A stretch of DNA of 63,893 nucleotides, counting the filler, from Dimargaris cristalligena (Eukaryota), in the NCBI GenBank assembly GCA_003614675.1. It is 3 parts of 3 records of this genome, joined end to end, with 100 filler letters (N's around TTAATTAATTAA, not from the genome) between each part and the next. Parts side by side here need not be neighbours in the genome. Positions count along the whole stretch, not along the records: positions 23,199 to 46,292 come from ML002621.1; 2 more parts are not named here. The stretch is one strand, 5' to 3'. Position 1 is the stretch's first letter. The number at the start of each line of letters is the position of its first letter. The notes beneath the pieces were generated by a model. That model was not told where the DNA came from. It was given only the letters and a program-made list of their open reading frames with translations, and made no database searches. Of this stretch, positions 23,199 to 36,962 are shown in pieces. A program made the translations under genes and the position numbers.

Positions 23199-24833
23199 TA
23201 GAGGGATGTTGCGCTGGTTGCAGAGCTGGATAAAGTGGGCCCCCTTGAGAGCCGACTCCGAGAAGAGGATACCGTTGTTGGCAACAATCCCCACGGGGTA
23301 GCCGTTGATCCGGGCGAAACCTAAATGTGAATAGTATGGGGGCAGCGATACGGGCATCAATCGCTCTCAAAATAGATAAGTAGGTCATTATATAATGCTT
23401 GGTACACATACTGTCCAGAATGATTGGGTAGTAATTATAGGTAATGTATTCCAGCTATATGATTTTTAAGTAGTACTTACCAGTCACCAGGGTCGTTCCG
23501 TACAGTTCCTTGAATTCGCTGAACTTGCTCCCGTCCACAATGCGGGCAATGACGCTCTTGATGTCGATGGGTTTCTTGAGGTTGTCGCCCACGATACCAG
23601 TCAATTCGGAGGCCGGGTACAGAGGCTCCTCCGTCGGGATAGACGCGAGTTGGCGCTGCTTCTCGTAGTTAAGATTGCCCACGACACGACGGGCCAGGGT
23701 TAAAGCGTGGTCATCGTTGAGGGCATGGTGATCGGTCACACCCGAGGTACGGCAGTGGAGGTCAGCCCCGCCGAGCTGCTCGGCTGTGACAACCTCGCCC
23801 GTAGCGGCCTTCACCAGCGGGGGACCACCCAGGAAAATGGTACCCTGCTTCTGGACAATGATACTTTCATCGGCCATAGCAGGCACATAGGCACCACCCG
23901 CCGTACATGATCCCATTACCACAGCGATCTGAGGAATACCCTGGGACGACATGTTGGCCTGGTTGTAGAAAATGCGACCAAAGTGCTCCCGGTCAGGGAA
24001 AACATCGGCCTGGCGGGGCAGGTTGGCGCCTCCCGAATCAACCAAATAAAGACAGGGGAGTCGGTTTTCACGGGCGATTTCTTGGGCCCGAAGGTGCTTT
24101 TTGACGGTAATGGGGTAGTAAGTCCCGCCCTTGACCGTAGGGTCGTTGGCCACAACCATGCACTCGACCCCCTTTACGCGGCCGATACCGGTAATTAGGC
24201 CACCGGCAGGGACTTTATCCTCGTACAACTCGTGGCCGGCCATCTGGGACAGTTCGAGAAAAGGGGAACCTGGGTCCAGTAGCTGGTTAACCCGGTCCCG
24301 CGGCAGTAATTTGCCTCGGCCCAAGTGGCGCTGACGGGCCTCCTCCCCGCCGCCCAGTCTGATCTTTTCAATGTCTGCCTGAAGAGCGGCGACTAGTTTA
24401 TTCATGCGGTCGGCATTTTCCTATTAGGATGTTCCGATGCGGTAAATATGAATAATGGGGTTAACGGGTATACTTGGGCGGTTACGGGGCTGGTAGGGTG
24501 TGGGTGGTGGTCAGGGTAATATACTGCCCGAGTCGCCCCCGCCTCCAAACCGCGAGGGAGACAGAGGCACAGGGTACGGCAGTGGGTTGTGTGTGAGATG
24601 AGAGGACCTCAGTGGGGCCTTTAACTGCGTACCTTAAACGCGGCGCTAGAGGAGTTGACGTTGTTGGGTAGCACGGTGCTCTGGTCTTCGAACAGAGTGT
24701 GGTTGAAACGGACACGGGTAGCTGGAGTTAAGAGGTTGTGGGCTGGATTGGGGCGGAGGGTCACCTGGCGGAGACCAACGGCGGCTCTGAGCCAGGTGGT
24801 ACGCTGCCGAAGAAGAGTAGAGGTAGTCAGCAT
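23199..24833 (-). CDS. MCCC2: 3-methylcrotonyl-CoA carboxylase beta (carboxyltransferase) subunit, 3' truncated
   Basis: Arg-rich mitochondrial-type presequence; exons 24833-24633, 24420-23481, 23320 to the gap; [65 protein letters not shown]. Confidence 0.95.
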
Positions 24834-25958
24834 GGGTGCGCGATTAGAAGAAGTTCAAGGCGGAAGGAAAACCAACGGAGAGCGGAGCAATCAGTAGTGG
24901 GAAACTTTAGGAGATGGGGCAGCCTGGGGGGGGAGCAGTATATATATAGTGCCTATATGCGCATACAAAAGAGGAAAGGGTTATATATGTTGGAGGGCAA
25001 GGGTGCTATGATGATAATGGTGATACACCAGGAAAAAGGCAAGTCACAGTCGCTGAAGGACGGGGCGAGTGGCCAAGTTGGTAGCCCGCGGGGTCAGGAG
25101 AGGCTGTGGCCAGTGAAATCCACCTTGGCCTGTGGTATGTGTGACTGGTAAAAATGGGCGGGAAAGTATCTGTTTCCTATTATCATGGGAATAAGCTTAC
25201 ATGGCGGCTATTCGCACACGCCCAAACCCCACAGGTTCTGATTGCTCAGGCATCCCTCACTCAGAACCAATGGTCGCTCTAATGGAAACTCGTGTGGGAG
25301 ACGACAGAAAGGAAGAATGCTGCCCTAATGTGCCTGCAACCCGAAAATCAATCACGGGTCGAGTAGTTCAGCCATTCGAAGGTGTAGTATATTCCTCCTG
25401 GGCTGTGGTTTACCAAGAACGTAGCAGCCACACATATAATATATAAAGGGAGGGGGGCGTCACAGTGTCCCGTCCCAATCTAGCCCACCTCGGTGGCATA
25501 GACAATGGCCGCGGCATTTCAGGGTCAGCCCCACATCCTGGTGGGGGGCCCTGCTGATTCCAGCCAGACAAAAGGTCTCTCAGTTCGTGGGCATTTCCCC
25601 AGGCCAGGCTAAAACCCCCTCTATGATTATAGATTTCCCATGGGACTTTAGAAAGCGTTTCACCTGGCCTGGCGCATACATGTTCCTTCTTGTAGATAGC
25701 CTTAAACCCCGACCCTGGCTATTATTCATTCTCAATGTGCCACCCATGGTTGTTAACACCTATTGCCCTTGAACCGAGTCTACTTATTGTTGCTTCCCTA
25801 TTCCCGACTACCCATTTCCTTTAGTCTTATGCTTGCTTTGTAACCTTACCATTTGCCCTTCTTTACTATAGCCGGACCTACCGTTTTTCTTACCCTTCCT
25901 CATTGCGTCCCTTCTAACTGTACAGCGTTAAGCCCTGTGAAATAATCGAGTCGCCGCC

Positions 25959-28804
25959 ATGGATGCCGTCATCACCGACATTGACAAACTAGCCGACAAA
26001 CAGAAAGCCAACAATGCCCTGGTAGAGAGTCTGCTCGACCAAATTATCGCCTTGGTATCTTCCGCCCAACCTCAACTGAACGCAGGTGAGTTCCTCTTCG
26101 GGTACTAGGCCCCTTCACAGCCCCATTCCCTCTTTCCAGGCGGCCATGGTCTGGTCTCGGATTTGCTTCCTTTGACTGTACAAGTGGCTTATCCTGTTTA
26201 TTATATTACCCTTCCGAATGACCTGAATTGTCCTTGCCAGATTCCGCCGACTTCTTCCTTAGTGCCGTCAAACTGGAAAGCAACCTAAAGCGACTATCCT
26301 CACAAACCACCGAGAAACACAAAGAGCTATACAACAATATCAGTAAACACGGCAAATTCATCGAGAAGGTAAGCTAAGCTTAAATATTTTCCACAGACTC
26401 TTACATTTCGGGCCCAAGGCGAACGTGTGCCTTGTGGACACCCAATCCCCCCATAAACTAGCGAATTAATGTTCCCGATTTTCCCGTTTGGTTTATTTCC
26501 ACACTGTATTATATACGGTATATAACCAATCTACTCGTCTTTTAGGCATTTAAAAATAATCTAAATGGCATCCGAGGCTCGAAAGAGTTCGAAAGTGGCG
26601 AGGAATTAGTGGTGATGTCCATTGCCCTGGACTTTATCCGCCAAGGCCAGTTCGAGCTCGCCTGTCTCATATTAAAGGTTCGTTATTGATATTTAAGTCC
26701 ACTTCCTTAGAACTGGTAGTTTCGAGTCGGAACAGCTGCCGGGTGAACGTTATCGTGTCGAATTGCCCTTTTTTCCCGGGAGGTGGCCCTCTCTTGGCCA
26801 AGCGAGTGCAGCCTCTCTCTCTCTTTATCCCTTCCCTCCCCCCTGCGCCACTTTATTTTAACTTGCCAATCAGTCCATTAACCCATTGATTAACCCTATT
26901 ACCCTTTTAATTTACATGAACCTTGTGGCTATTGAGTAGGAGGCCGGACTAGAAATTCCACACCATGTCATGGACGGTTTCAAGGATATGTTTAGCATCG
27001 TGGACTCCCTAAAAAAACGGGACCTGGATCCGGCTTTACGGTATGTAACCCCCGTTGCGCCCGACAGCATTCATCAGTTAGTATTGAATCTTGCGTCCCG
27101 ACGATTTTCCTATTCACCCGATTATCTGATGTGTCCTGACCCTATAGTCTGCCTTGACGATTGGTAATTTTTATACTTTAATACAGCTGGGCTCAAACCC
27201 ATCGGGACGAACTCGGTACGATGGGCAGCGACCTGGAATTTAATTTGCACAAAATGCGATACATACATTTGCTCACCCAAGGACAGCACCTTGAGGCCCT
27301 GCGGTACTCCAAAGAGCATATGTCGCCATTTAATGCCCGTGAAAAGTATTTTCAACGTAAGTAGTGTCTACAGGTCCCACTTTGGTAAAAGAAACAAGGG
27401 GTTATAATGCTCACTGTATCCCGGGCGTCATATTCGCCGCTTCTATTTACTCCCATTCTCCAATCATCCAAATCCTAATACGCTACCTTCACCAATACCC
27501 CGGTTCTTACATATTACCGCTGCCTCTACCCCACTAACCAGAGATTAAGAAGCTATCGGGATCTGTCCTATACGCCCACAGTCTCGAGTCATCGCCCTAT
27601 GGCTATCTACTATCACCCAGTCTATGGACTGAATTAGAACACAACTTCACATCCAGCTTCTGCAAAAAGCTGGGATTGGCCGACCGCAGTCCACTCTACC
27701 TTAGGTAAATATGCCCTGCTTTTGGTTGACGTTTGATTACTTTAACACATGGCCAGGCTGTGACTAAAAATTTCAACTGACAGAGTAACTAACCTGCTGC
27801 CTACCTCATTTTGGAAACCGTGTATTGCCAATACTTACCATGTCTTTATGTAACCACCAGTGTGACTATGGGTGTGATGGCCCTCCCGGCGATCATTAAA
27901 ATGTCGAGTATCATGAAGGAAAAGAGGGCCGAATGGAGCCAACAGGACGAGTTGCCGGTAGGTCTTAATTAATCGCCGTATAGTTGCTTTGGAGATTAAC
28001 GGGCGATTTATATTAGCTATGCTGTTATAGTGCTGGTGTTCCGATCCTATACCCTTCCGGTTCACCATGATCTATCATCTGGGTGGCAGAGGAGGAACTG
28101 TTGCTAATTACGATGATGCCGGTTTTTTTTGTATCTGAACGGAACTATGCCGGTTCTGTAACGTAGGTCGAGGTCAGTCTCCCCGAGGATCTCCGGTTCC
28201 ATTCAACATTTATCTGCCCCGTCTCGAAGGAGCGGGCCACTGACACCAACCCCCCTATGATGCTGCCCTGCGGCCACGTTATCTGTCACGAAAGCTTAAA
28301 TCGGTTGTATAAGGCAGTTCGGTAAGTGGTTCGTTTTATTGCACCAGTATATCCGGTATCACATTTCCTAATCAGGATCAACCGATTCTGGTGTATGTCA
28401 ACCGGAATAATAAGGCCCTTCCATGTACTTTTGTGAGATGATATCATTATGACCTCATGCCAGTGGAGTGGGTGACTTGTCTCCTCTCCCCTGGAACTTG
28501 AGTCACATTATTAGGCAATAATTCATTACATCCAACTTCGTCACGATTCTACTGCTCCAAGCAATGCTCCCCCTGGGGCGATTAGATCGGTACAAATTGA
28601 ATATGCCGTGACCCAATACTGCATGGGAGTGCGGGGCATTGTCGATCTGTCCTAACCATTTATTTATGTATTACCATTTTCCACCCCTTTCTATAACCCA
28701 ATCGTCTGTGGAATAGTGGAGGCAATAGTCAAACGACTCGGTTCAAATGCCCCTATTGCCCGGCATTCGCGACGGCCCACGAGGCGGAGCGCGTCTATTT
28801 CTAA
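25959..28804 (+). CDS. RMD5: GID/CTLH complex RING subunit Rmd5/Gid2 (RMND5), multi-exon
   Basis: Spliced exons give [58 protein letters not shown]...AERVYF*. Confidence 0.9.
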
Positions 28805-30834
28805 ACCGAGTTTCAAATTAGCTCGGCTTATCTAACCCCCTGGCGAGGACATGTATCCCATCGATTGAATTATAGTCGCCGATAATTACCCCTCCATTCT
28901 ATTGTCATTTTCATACCCATACTCATATCATTCCATAACCTTAGTTCTGGCTGGGCTGGTCTATCAACCACTTCCCATTCCAATGGCCAGCCGTGTAAAC
29001 CTTTCCAATGAATAGCATAATAAGAAATAGTCCATAGTCGTGAGCCATCCCCAACCTGCTTTTGACCACTGCTCCCATTATTCTACCCATACCGGCTTGT
29101 GTATTATTTTGTTTTTTCGTGGTCATCAGAGACCACTTTACACTCTCACAGTGTTTTTTTTTTTACTATCGATACTTGTAGAATATCGACATCTATACAA
29201 TATACTAATTATTACTGGAGTGTCCTTTTCATTTGTAATGTACAGCTTAAATCGTCTACCCAATCCCTAGTTAGGTGTCTGTGTATAAATTGGCACTATA
29301 TTCGCGATCAGCACCCAAGCTAGTATGGGGATCGGGACCATTTCCTGTACCTAATCCAGTAAAGGCGGAAAGAAAGCATATGATCCGGGAAAGTCAGGTG
29401 GGGAGGTCAATGGCCCGGGGCTGTGGTCGGAGTCCCAATTAGAATTATCGCTATGGTCTTTTTCCGGGCTGCGGATAATCAGCACAATATACGAGGCCGT
29501 AGATGGACAATTGGAAGTGGGTGAGTGCCCCCGTGATCAAGAATCCGCAAGGCCGAGGCATCAGGATGGTAAAGCCAAGATTAATACAGCCATGATTGAC
29601 CTACAGGCCTTACTGAACAGGCAATACTTACTTGACGAGAATCCTCAAGTGGTTAAATATCTGGCCGAAGGGGATGATCACCCGCCCTCCATCTACGGAA
29701 TACAGCCTAACCACCTGGTTTATTGTGTGACATGCCCAAAAATATAGATTCCAAATCCGGCGGACCACCAGTTCATTCGAAAATCTAGACCGCTCATATT
29801 CCCCTTTTGATTGTTTCGCTTGGACCGTCTATCAGCCTAAACCGGGCACCTTAATATTGGAAGGGACAATGAGTTGGACCAAACACAGCGGAAAACCCTG
29901 CCCGATTCTGGACCACGTCAGCTGGGTATGGTTGACTTCAAATAATACTAATAAAAATACCAAAAAGGCGCACCGTCCGAGTAAAGCAACCCAGTGTCAG
30001 GCGAATAAGGCAAAATGGGGAAACGGGGAAACGGGTGATCGGCGCATATGTATGACGTTGGCGAATCTATGTCCACCCGTGCCGCCGCAACAACTCAAGG
30101 TGGTCGGGGCTGACCTATCTCCAAGCCCAGCCCAGTCTACCGGCTTACAGGGGATGCAGCGGGACGAAGAACTCGTGACATCTGCAAGTATGGGTCATGC
30201 CGCCTATTCCCCATTTATATACCCTCCCAACCTCTTGATTTGCCTGATTCTGTATACCGTAAACCCCGTTCGGGGCGTGGTGGTGATAAAAATCATCGAC
30301 TCCTGCCATATGAAGCGGTGAGCGACGCTATTGTTTAGCCCCATAAATGGTCACTCCGGTTGATTAGTTATAATTTTGCCCGCTGATGACTACGGTTGGT
30401 CAGGCGCGGTTATAGCCAAAAGAGCGACTAATGCATCTAGCTGGAGGAAAGCGCAGAAATGTCGGTAGTGCACCGCAATATAATCGGAGTCTCGACCGAT
30501 GGGCTTAACTTTGTGCCGAGCAACTGTAGGAAATGCCATCATGGGCCATTGCTGTCTGGCGAGAGGAATTAGATATACTCGCGTAGTACCGAAGTTAATG
30601 GTCTAGAGGAAACGGGTGATATGATTGCTATATACTAATCTTGTCCGTGGAGTAACCAACACGACGGGCGTCCGCATTTACCGCGAAGTGACCTGTAACC
30701 GCCACCACCACAACCCGACAATACTTCTTAGGGGTGTTTCAACAATGTGATAGAGGAAATCAAAAGACGGGCTTGATTGGGCCCATATTCGGTATGCAGT
30801 TTACAATAAAATTAAAATCAGAAGAGTGTGATGA

Positions 30835-30864
30835 TAATACTAATACTAATACTAATACTATTAC
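30835..30864. repeat. (AATACT)n microsatellite
   Basis: About 4-5 tandem AATACT units. Confidence 0.7.
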
Positions 30865-33056
30865 TGATAATAAGAAGCAGTTTATTTTGTCCACCACCGG
30901 TTTCCCTTTTGTTTTGGGGGACACGTTGGCTGAATATGGCCCAGCCATTGGCGGAAATGAGTGCGAAGGATATTAAGCGGTGGTCGTATTCCATCACCTC
31001 CAGTTAGTTTCTTCCAGCCTGGCCCCGTGAATGGCCAGGCTTTGGCAGTGCACAGCCGACTGAAGATAATGCGGAAAATCCCTTTACCTGCTCTACCAAT
31101 TTTTGGTTTAAGACCCTATCCAGTGGAATAAAGGCAGTGGTGGGGCAAGTGATCAACCCCCTCACTTGGGCGAATTGCCCTGTAAACTCAGACAACCTTA
31201 TCCTATTCACCACCGCGGCTCTATTTACCAATGGCTCCCGCCACATGTACCAATTAGCAGGAATTGCCAACGAATGCAGATACCTCTACTTTCATGCCCA
31301 GGCCGAACTCTATTGAGTCTTGTCGGAGGTTTCAGCGGGCGGAATTGGAGGCGGGAAATGAATGGGTTAATGACAAGTCCGTGTTATATATATGTTTTGT
31401 TTAGGTCATTTGTTTCATCCCAACACTGTTCCAACGTGAGCCCAACAGATGGGGGTTAATCCACCCTCCCACTCAATTTTTTCACAAATGTGTGACCAGT
31501 ATTGTGTTTTTCAATTTTCCAAAGTCACTCGGGATGTATGGGGCGATGAAAGTTGTTTTGAACAAAGCGAAGTGGGTAGGGCGGAAGACAGAGAGGGGAG
31601 GGGAGCATTTCCCGTCCTTTGGTCCCAGGCTGAGTTTGGGGTCATTCGGGGGAGATTTGGGTCCTCTTTCATCGTCGACTGGGTTAATTTGAACCAGTCC
31701 AAGAACTACACCCGCTACTGGGCAGTCCACATTTGAGCCGTCTGGAGTAATCTATAGCCGGAGTATGCGACTGCTTTGCTCTGTACGCCCCCTCGAAAGC
31801 CAAACGGTCACCTACTGTCGGGAGGCCGGTAGTATCATTAATGAATGAGGCAGCATGTACCCAATGTCTTAGACACTCATCCAAGGACTCAGCTGGCCCC
31901 CTATCGGCCCCTCCTTTTTTACGTCATTTGGTTGATTACCTTTGCCCATCTCTTCGTTGAGATACATGCAGAGGAATAATATAAATGCATATATATATAT
32001 ATATATTCAAAGTAGCAGTGGCTCTTTCCCTGAGGCCTACGCCGCACGTGTGCGACGCGGCTGACGACACTAACGGAATTCCCGACCATGGTATGTACAA
32101 CGCAATCCAAGGCTGAGGAGGCTCTACCGTATCGCAGTGTTTCGATTAGGGCGGGAGTGGAGAGGGGAAGGGAGGCCCACGACGTGCAAGTCCCGTAAAA
32201 TCGCCAGAGAGTGCGATCCACCGGACCTGGTCCCTTGGATGCCTAAAGAAGGCCAGATGACCGCCGTTGGCCCGGGCCCGATTATTCTAATCACAAGGAC
32301 AATGGTGGTGGTAATATCATAGGCGGTAAAGAAGAAAGGAACGAAGAAAGCCAGTGGTAATATCATAGGTGGTTTCAGGGCCACTCCATCCTAGCACATG
32401 ACTCGCCGGCAAAATCGAGAGGGAAGGAAACGAATGAGCACACATTAGAGATACGGATATGGGTTTAGGGCTCTATGCGCATACATTGGCCTCCTCGTTC
32501 ACCTGTGTATGGCTATAACCCCCACCGGGATCACCTCGCTTAACCCTGATGACTCTCCCCTATTAGGGAGAAGGGGTCTGGTATATAAACCACTTCCTTT
32601 CTCCTCGCTCCCCTTGTTTGAGATCCCTTACTCCACTACTTATTGTAATGTGTGCTCTTGGCCCCTGATCCCTATTTTTATCACTATTCTTTAAACCCCT
32701 TTCTTGCTTGTGGTCCCTCTGCTCTGCATTGGCCACTCTGTTCTATACGGCCGTCCGATTATTTGGTTTTTAAACTCTTTGACAGCCACCTTGCTGTAAT
32801 CCCTTTCGTCATCGACTTGGATACCGTTGTGGATAGTTTTCTTTCTTGAGCCATACCTTCCCGCAGTCCCCCCATTAACCACTGTTGGATTTTCATTGCC
32901 CACCTATTTAATTGTGGTCTTCTTTTTGTTAGTTACCATTTTCCCCTTTTCCCGCATATTGACTTATTCCCCTGCCTTTCTCCTTTGCTCAAAGTATTTT
33001 GGGGGTTTTTTTTTGTATTTGCTGCGGGTTACGTTAGCACATTTGCTTAGTTAGTC

Positions 33057-35055
33057 ATGGAAAAAGCCCATTACCCTCTCCTTCCCGGCGCCGTCCCCCA
33101 TTCGTACTCCGCCCCACGTCACCCAAGCCAACTGGGCACCCGGACTAGGTTCGCCTTGGCGGGGTTCCTTGCTGGCGCCCTGGTTTTCGGTGGTCTATGG
33201 CGGGCCGGCCTAACCGACTTGTCCGTCGGCTATCTCAACTCGGCTACCGTCAGTGACCCCGCCGGTGCTCCTCTTAAGGGCAGCTTCCTTCACATTAGCG
33301 ATATTCATGTCGACGCCAACTACGTCCAGGGAGCTACCCTGGATTCCTATTGCCACCGGTTTCCCAAGCGCAAGGGCGACCCCGAGAACGAGGACCTATA
33401 CGTCGCCGGCCGCTTTGGCGCCCCAGTGTCGAGCTGCGATTCCCCCATTCGCTTGGTTGACATTACCTTCAACTGGATTAACCGTACTGTGGCCCACGGA
33501 CTCGACTTTGTGGTATACACTGGTGACAGTGCGCGGTAAGTGTCTTTAAAAGTAGGAGGGCATACCACATGGGAGAAACCCTTGTCGTTCATGTCTTTAT
33601 TCTGCTGGGCCTGGTGGCTAAGTACTTTTCATAAACAGGGTCCCCCTTTTAGGCTAGGCCGGCTTATCTACACCCCTGTACGGCGTCCCGCTGTGGTGGG
33701 AAGCGAGCCTGGCCGGTAGCAGTGTGGTGCACTGGCACCCTTAGATGGCTGCATGCCGGTGACTGCTGAATACCACAGATTTTCCCTGTTCGGACATCCT
33801 CCCTATTTTCCCGAAGCTGTCCCACTAATACCCTCCTGCTTCTCCTATATCTCATATCTCCCCAATCTATCCGATATGCCCCAATAGCCATGAGCGGGAC
33901 GAACGTATTCCCCGCAGTGTCGAGGAAGTTACCATGCTTAACCGGTTCGTGGCCTCCCGGTTTCTAGGGGCATTGGGCTCGGCCCAGGTGCCTGTCATTC
34001 ATGTGGTGGGTAACAACGACGTGGAGCCCCATAATCTCCTGACCCCGGGCCCCAACCCGATGCTCCGTGGCTTATACGAGGCCTGGCAAGAATACATCCC
34101 GGCTGACCAAAAGGATCTGTACCTAGAGATGGGTTACTATACCCGGCCCATTGCCCCTGGCCACCTCCGTGCTGTGGCTCTCAACACCCAATGGTTCCAC
34201 ACTTCAAACGATGTCATTGGAGCCTGCCGCAAGCCCAAGCACCCCGGGTCCCGCCAATTGGTTTGGCTGCGCGAGATTTTGGCCGAAGCTACCGCTAATG
34301 GTGAAGCAGTGGTCATTGCTGGCCACGTAGCCCCCGAATTCGACGATTACTACAACTCATGCTATAAGCGCTATACCCACCTGATGAATGAGTTCCGAGA
34401 TACCATCCGGGGCCAATTCTTTGGCCATAATAACAAGGACCACTTTTACTTCTTGTCCAGCGATGCCAAGTCCCGCCGCGAGAATATCAAGGCCCTGCCC
34501 CCACCTGACGTGAGCGTCTTGCCCGCTGCGCCCGAGCCTATCGCTGTTCGCGGTTCGGTTCAAATTATGAAGCGCGTGCCTTCCATGATTCGGGAACTGA
34601 TGCAGCATTTTAAGAAGGTCTGGGATGATCGTGATAAAGTGGATTACACCGTTGTTAATATTTCCCCATCCGTAATCCCCACCTTCAATCCCACCCTCCG
34701 AGTGTACCGCTACCAAGTAGAACCCGTGGTGACCCCTTCTGAGGGATCCGACAAGTACCCTTCGTTCGTTTCACCCTTCCGGCTACCGATCGGCACCCTG
34801 CTCGACTATGATCAGTTCTGGCTCAATCTGACGGAAGCCAACGACGAATTCAGGCAGTCGGGTGATGTGCTCTACCAGCCCGAGTACGAGCTGTTGTACT
34901 CGGCCCGCCAACAGTACAGTATGCCCGACCTAACTACCCAGTCGTACTTGGACCTGGCCCACCGCATGACTCAAAACAAGACCCTCCGCCAGCAATTCGC
35001 CGAGTACCTCTGTGTCATGGCTGGATTACAGGAGGACTCCTATGTTAGTATTTAA
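33057..35055 (+). CDS. PPN1: Endopolyphosphatase (calcineurin-like metallophosphoesterase), 2 exons
   Basis: N-terminal transmembrane segment; motifs HISDIHVD, CDSP, TGDSAR/HE across intron 33536-33887, GNND, GHVAP, GHNNKDHF, SPSVIPTFNPTLRVY. Confidence 0.88.
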
Positions 35056-35503
35056 ATTTCAGTTAACTAGACCCCTTCTTTGGGGCACTGATCCCCAACG
35101 CAACCTACCCACACACCTCATCTTGTATTTCTTATTTTCTCTGTACCATTAAATATTTGCTTATATTATGTTCCGTTTGCATGGACAACAGTTCCATCGC
35201 ATCAATCAACACCGGCCCCATTTTTCCCCTTAAAAGATGCGATTAGAGTTCAGCCTTGGGTCCTTTTTTATTTCATTTTACTCCAAGGCTGAACAGATCG
35301 TTCGATCTCCAATCTTCTTTCATTTTTGATACGCCATGCCTCTATATTAATATCTCTTTCTTTTTTTCACCACCCTCCCACCTTTTTATTAATCAATGGG
35401 CAATAGCCCATTGTGCACGTCTTTTTATATACCTGTTGTCACCTTATTGCCCCACTATATGTAGCATGCAAATACATGGCCATTTTATATAAACTTCCCT
35501 AAC

Positions 35504-35786
35504 ATATGTGATAGGCTCAATTAGACTGTATAACGATAAATCCGTTGGGTGAGGCAAAAAACCACTGGTTAAAAATGAACCTCCCATATATTTCCCTATA
35601 TGCGTATCATTCAACACCCTGCACAGCTGCACTGAATTCCACCCATATGGCAGAAATTCATCCAGGCTGTATAACGAATAATCCATTTGATGAGGTAAAT
35701 ATTACTGGTCAAAAGTTATTCTCCCACATATTATCCCATACATATTGTGTAAAATCTTATACAGTTGGGTTGAAGTTCACCTATAT
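35504..35786 (-). mobile_element. Two tandem MITE-like copies (35504-35648 and 35645-35786) sharing an ATAT junction
   Basis: Each aligns to the reverse complement of 36049-36192; lengths 145 and 142 bp. Confidence 0.75.
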
Positions 35787-36048
35787 TGATCCTATACTAT
35801 TTTTGCAAATTCAATACTTTATTATTGTAATTATTGGTCATACTAATATGGCATAGACCGAAGTTCCTGTAAATGCTGAGATAGCCTACGCCAGGGAAGG
35901 GTATATCAAGGAGCCCTAACATACTGTGGCAAAAGGCGCTTTAGAAAATGTATGATAATAAATATATAAAGAATGCCGGGTAAGTATTTATGGAATAAGG
36001 GTATCGAATAGGCGAATTCGGAAAATGATTGACCACTTTCGTTCATTG

Positions 36049-36192
36049 ATATGGGTGAAATTCGGCCCAGCTATATAAGGGTTTACATTATACGTGTATG
36101 GGAAAATATATGGGAAATGTATTTTTAACTAGTAATATTGGCTGAATCTAATGGATTTTTCGTTATACAGCTTGGATGAACTTCTCCCATAT
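36049..36192 (+). mobile_element. 144-bp MITE-like repeat, copy D
   Basis: ATATGGGTGAAATTCGGCCCAGCTATATAAG ... GTTATACAGCTTGGATGAACTTCTCCCATAT; imperfect inverted repeats of about 30 bp. Confidence 0.8.
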
Positions 36193-36962
36193 GATTGGGA
36201 TAGTAGGGGAACTGCAACCTGATAGGCGTCAGTTATAATCATCCTTATAATTAGGCACGGCGCATTAAGCCACTAATGAAAAATATAACAAGCCAGGCCC
36301 GGTAACATATTTAGCAATATCTGATAATATGCCCTCTTTTCCAAATCCGGGGGACAATAGCCCTATTTGACATTCCTAGTACGTTCCTGAACAGTTTTAA
36401 ATTACTCGAAGGCACCTTTATATCATGGCTGGCATCTACAATTGTTTCCGGTTTCCGTTAGACAGTGCCTGTGTGCACGGCATAGCATCCATAGTTTCTC
36501 ACTATCCGCATTATTTGGTCTAACCAGCGACTATTTTCGAGTGCCTTTTAATTATGACCAAATCTGCAGTGAAGCGCTTATCACTCTACAATACAGCTGC
36601 AGCCCTTCCCAGGCTGAAACAATTATTTATCCAAGCCAACGATTAACAATCGGTGGGGTTTAGCCATTCATCCCCAGAGATAATCAGTCCGGTATAAATA
36701 GGGTTTATTATCTTAAAACCATACCAATGGAAGTGAAGCAGCCCAACTCTCATTTCAATGTAATCATGTGCCACCCAATTCTCTATTTATTGAAATGGGT
36801 CAGATAAATTTGGTTTTATATAAAAGAGTAGATGTCCGGGGAATCTACAGTCTAATGACAATGTCTGGGTACAACAATACTATCCCAATGGCAGTAGGTG
36901 AGAATGTCTGTAAGCAAGGCGGGTCATATAGCTCAAGCGAATTAGCCCATCGGGGGTTGGAA

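Noticed and set aside
35545-35856. 103-aa ORF across the tandem repeats
   Set aside because: Other copies of the family have stops in the equivalent frame; non-coding.
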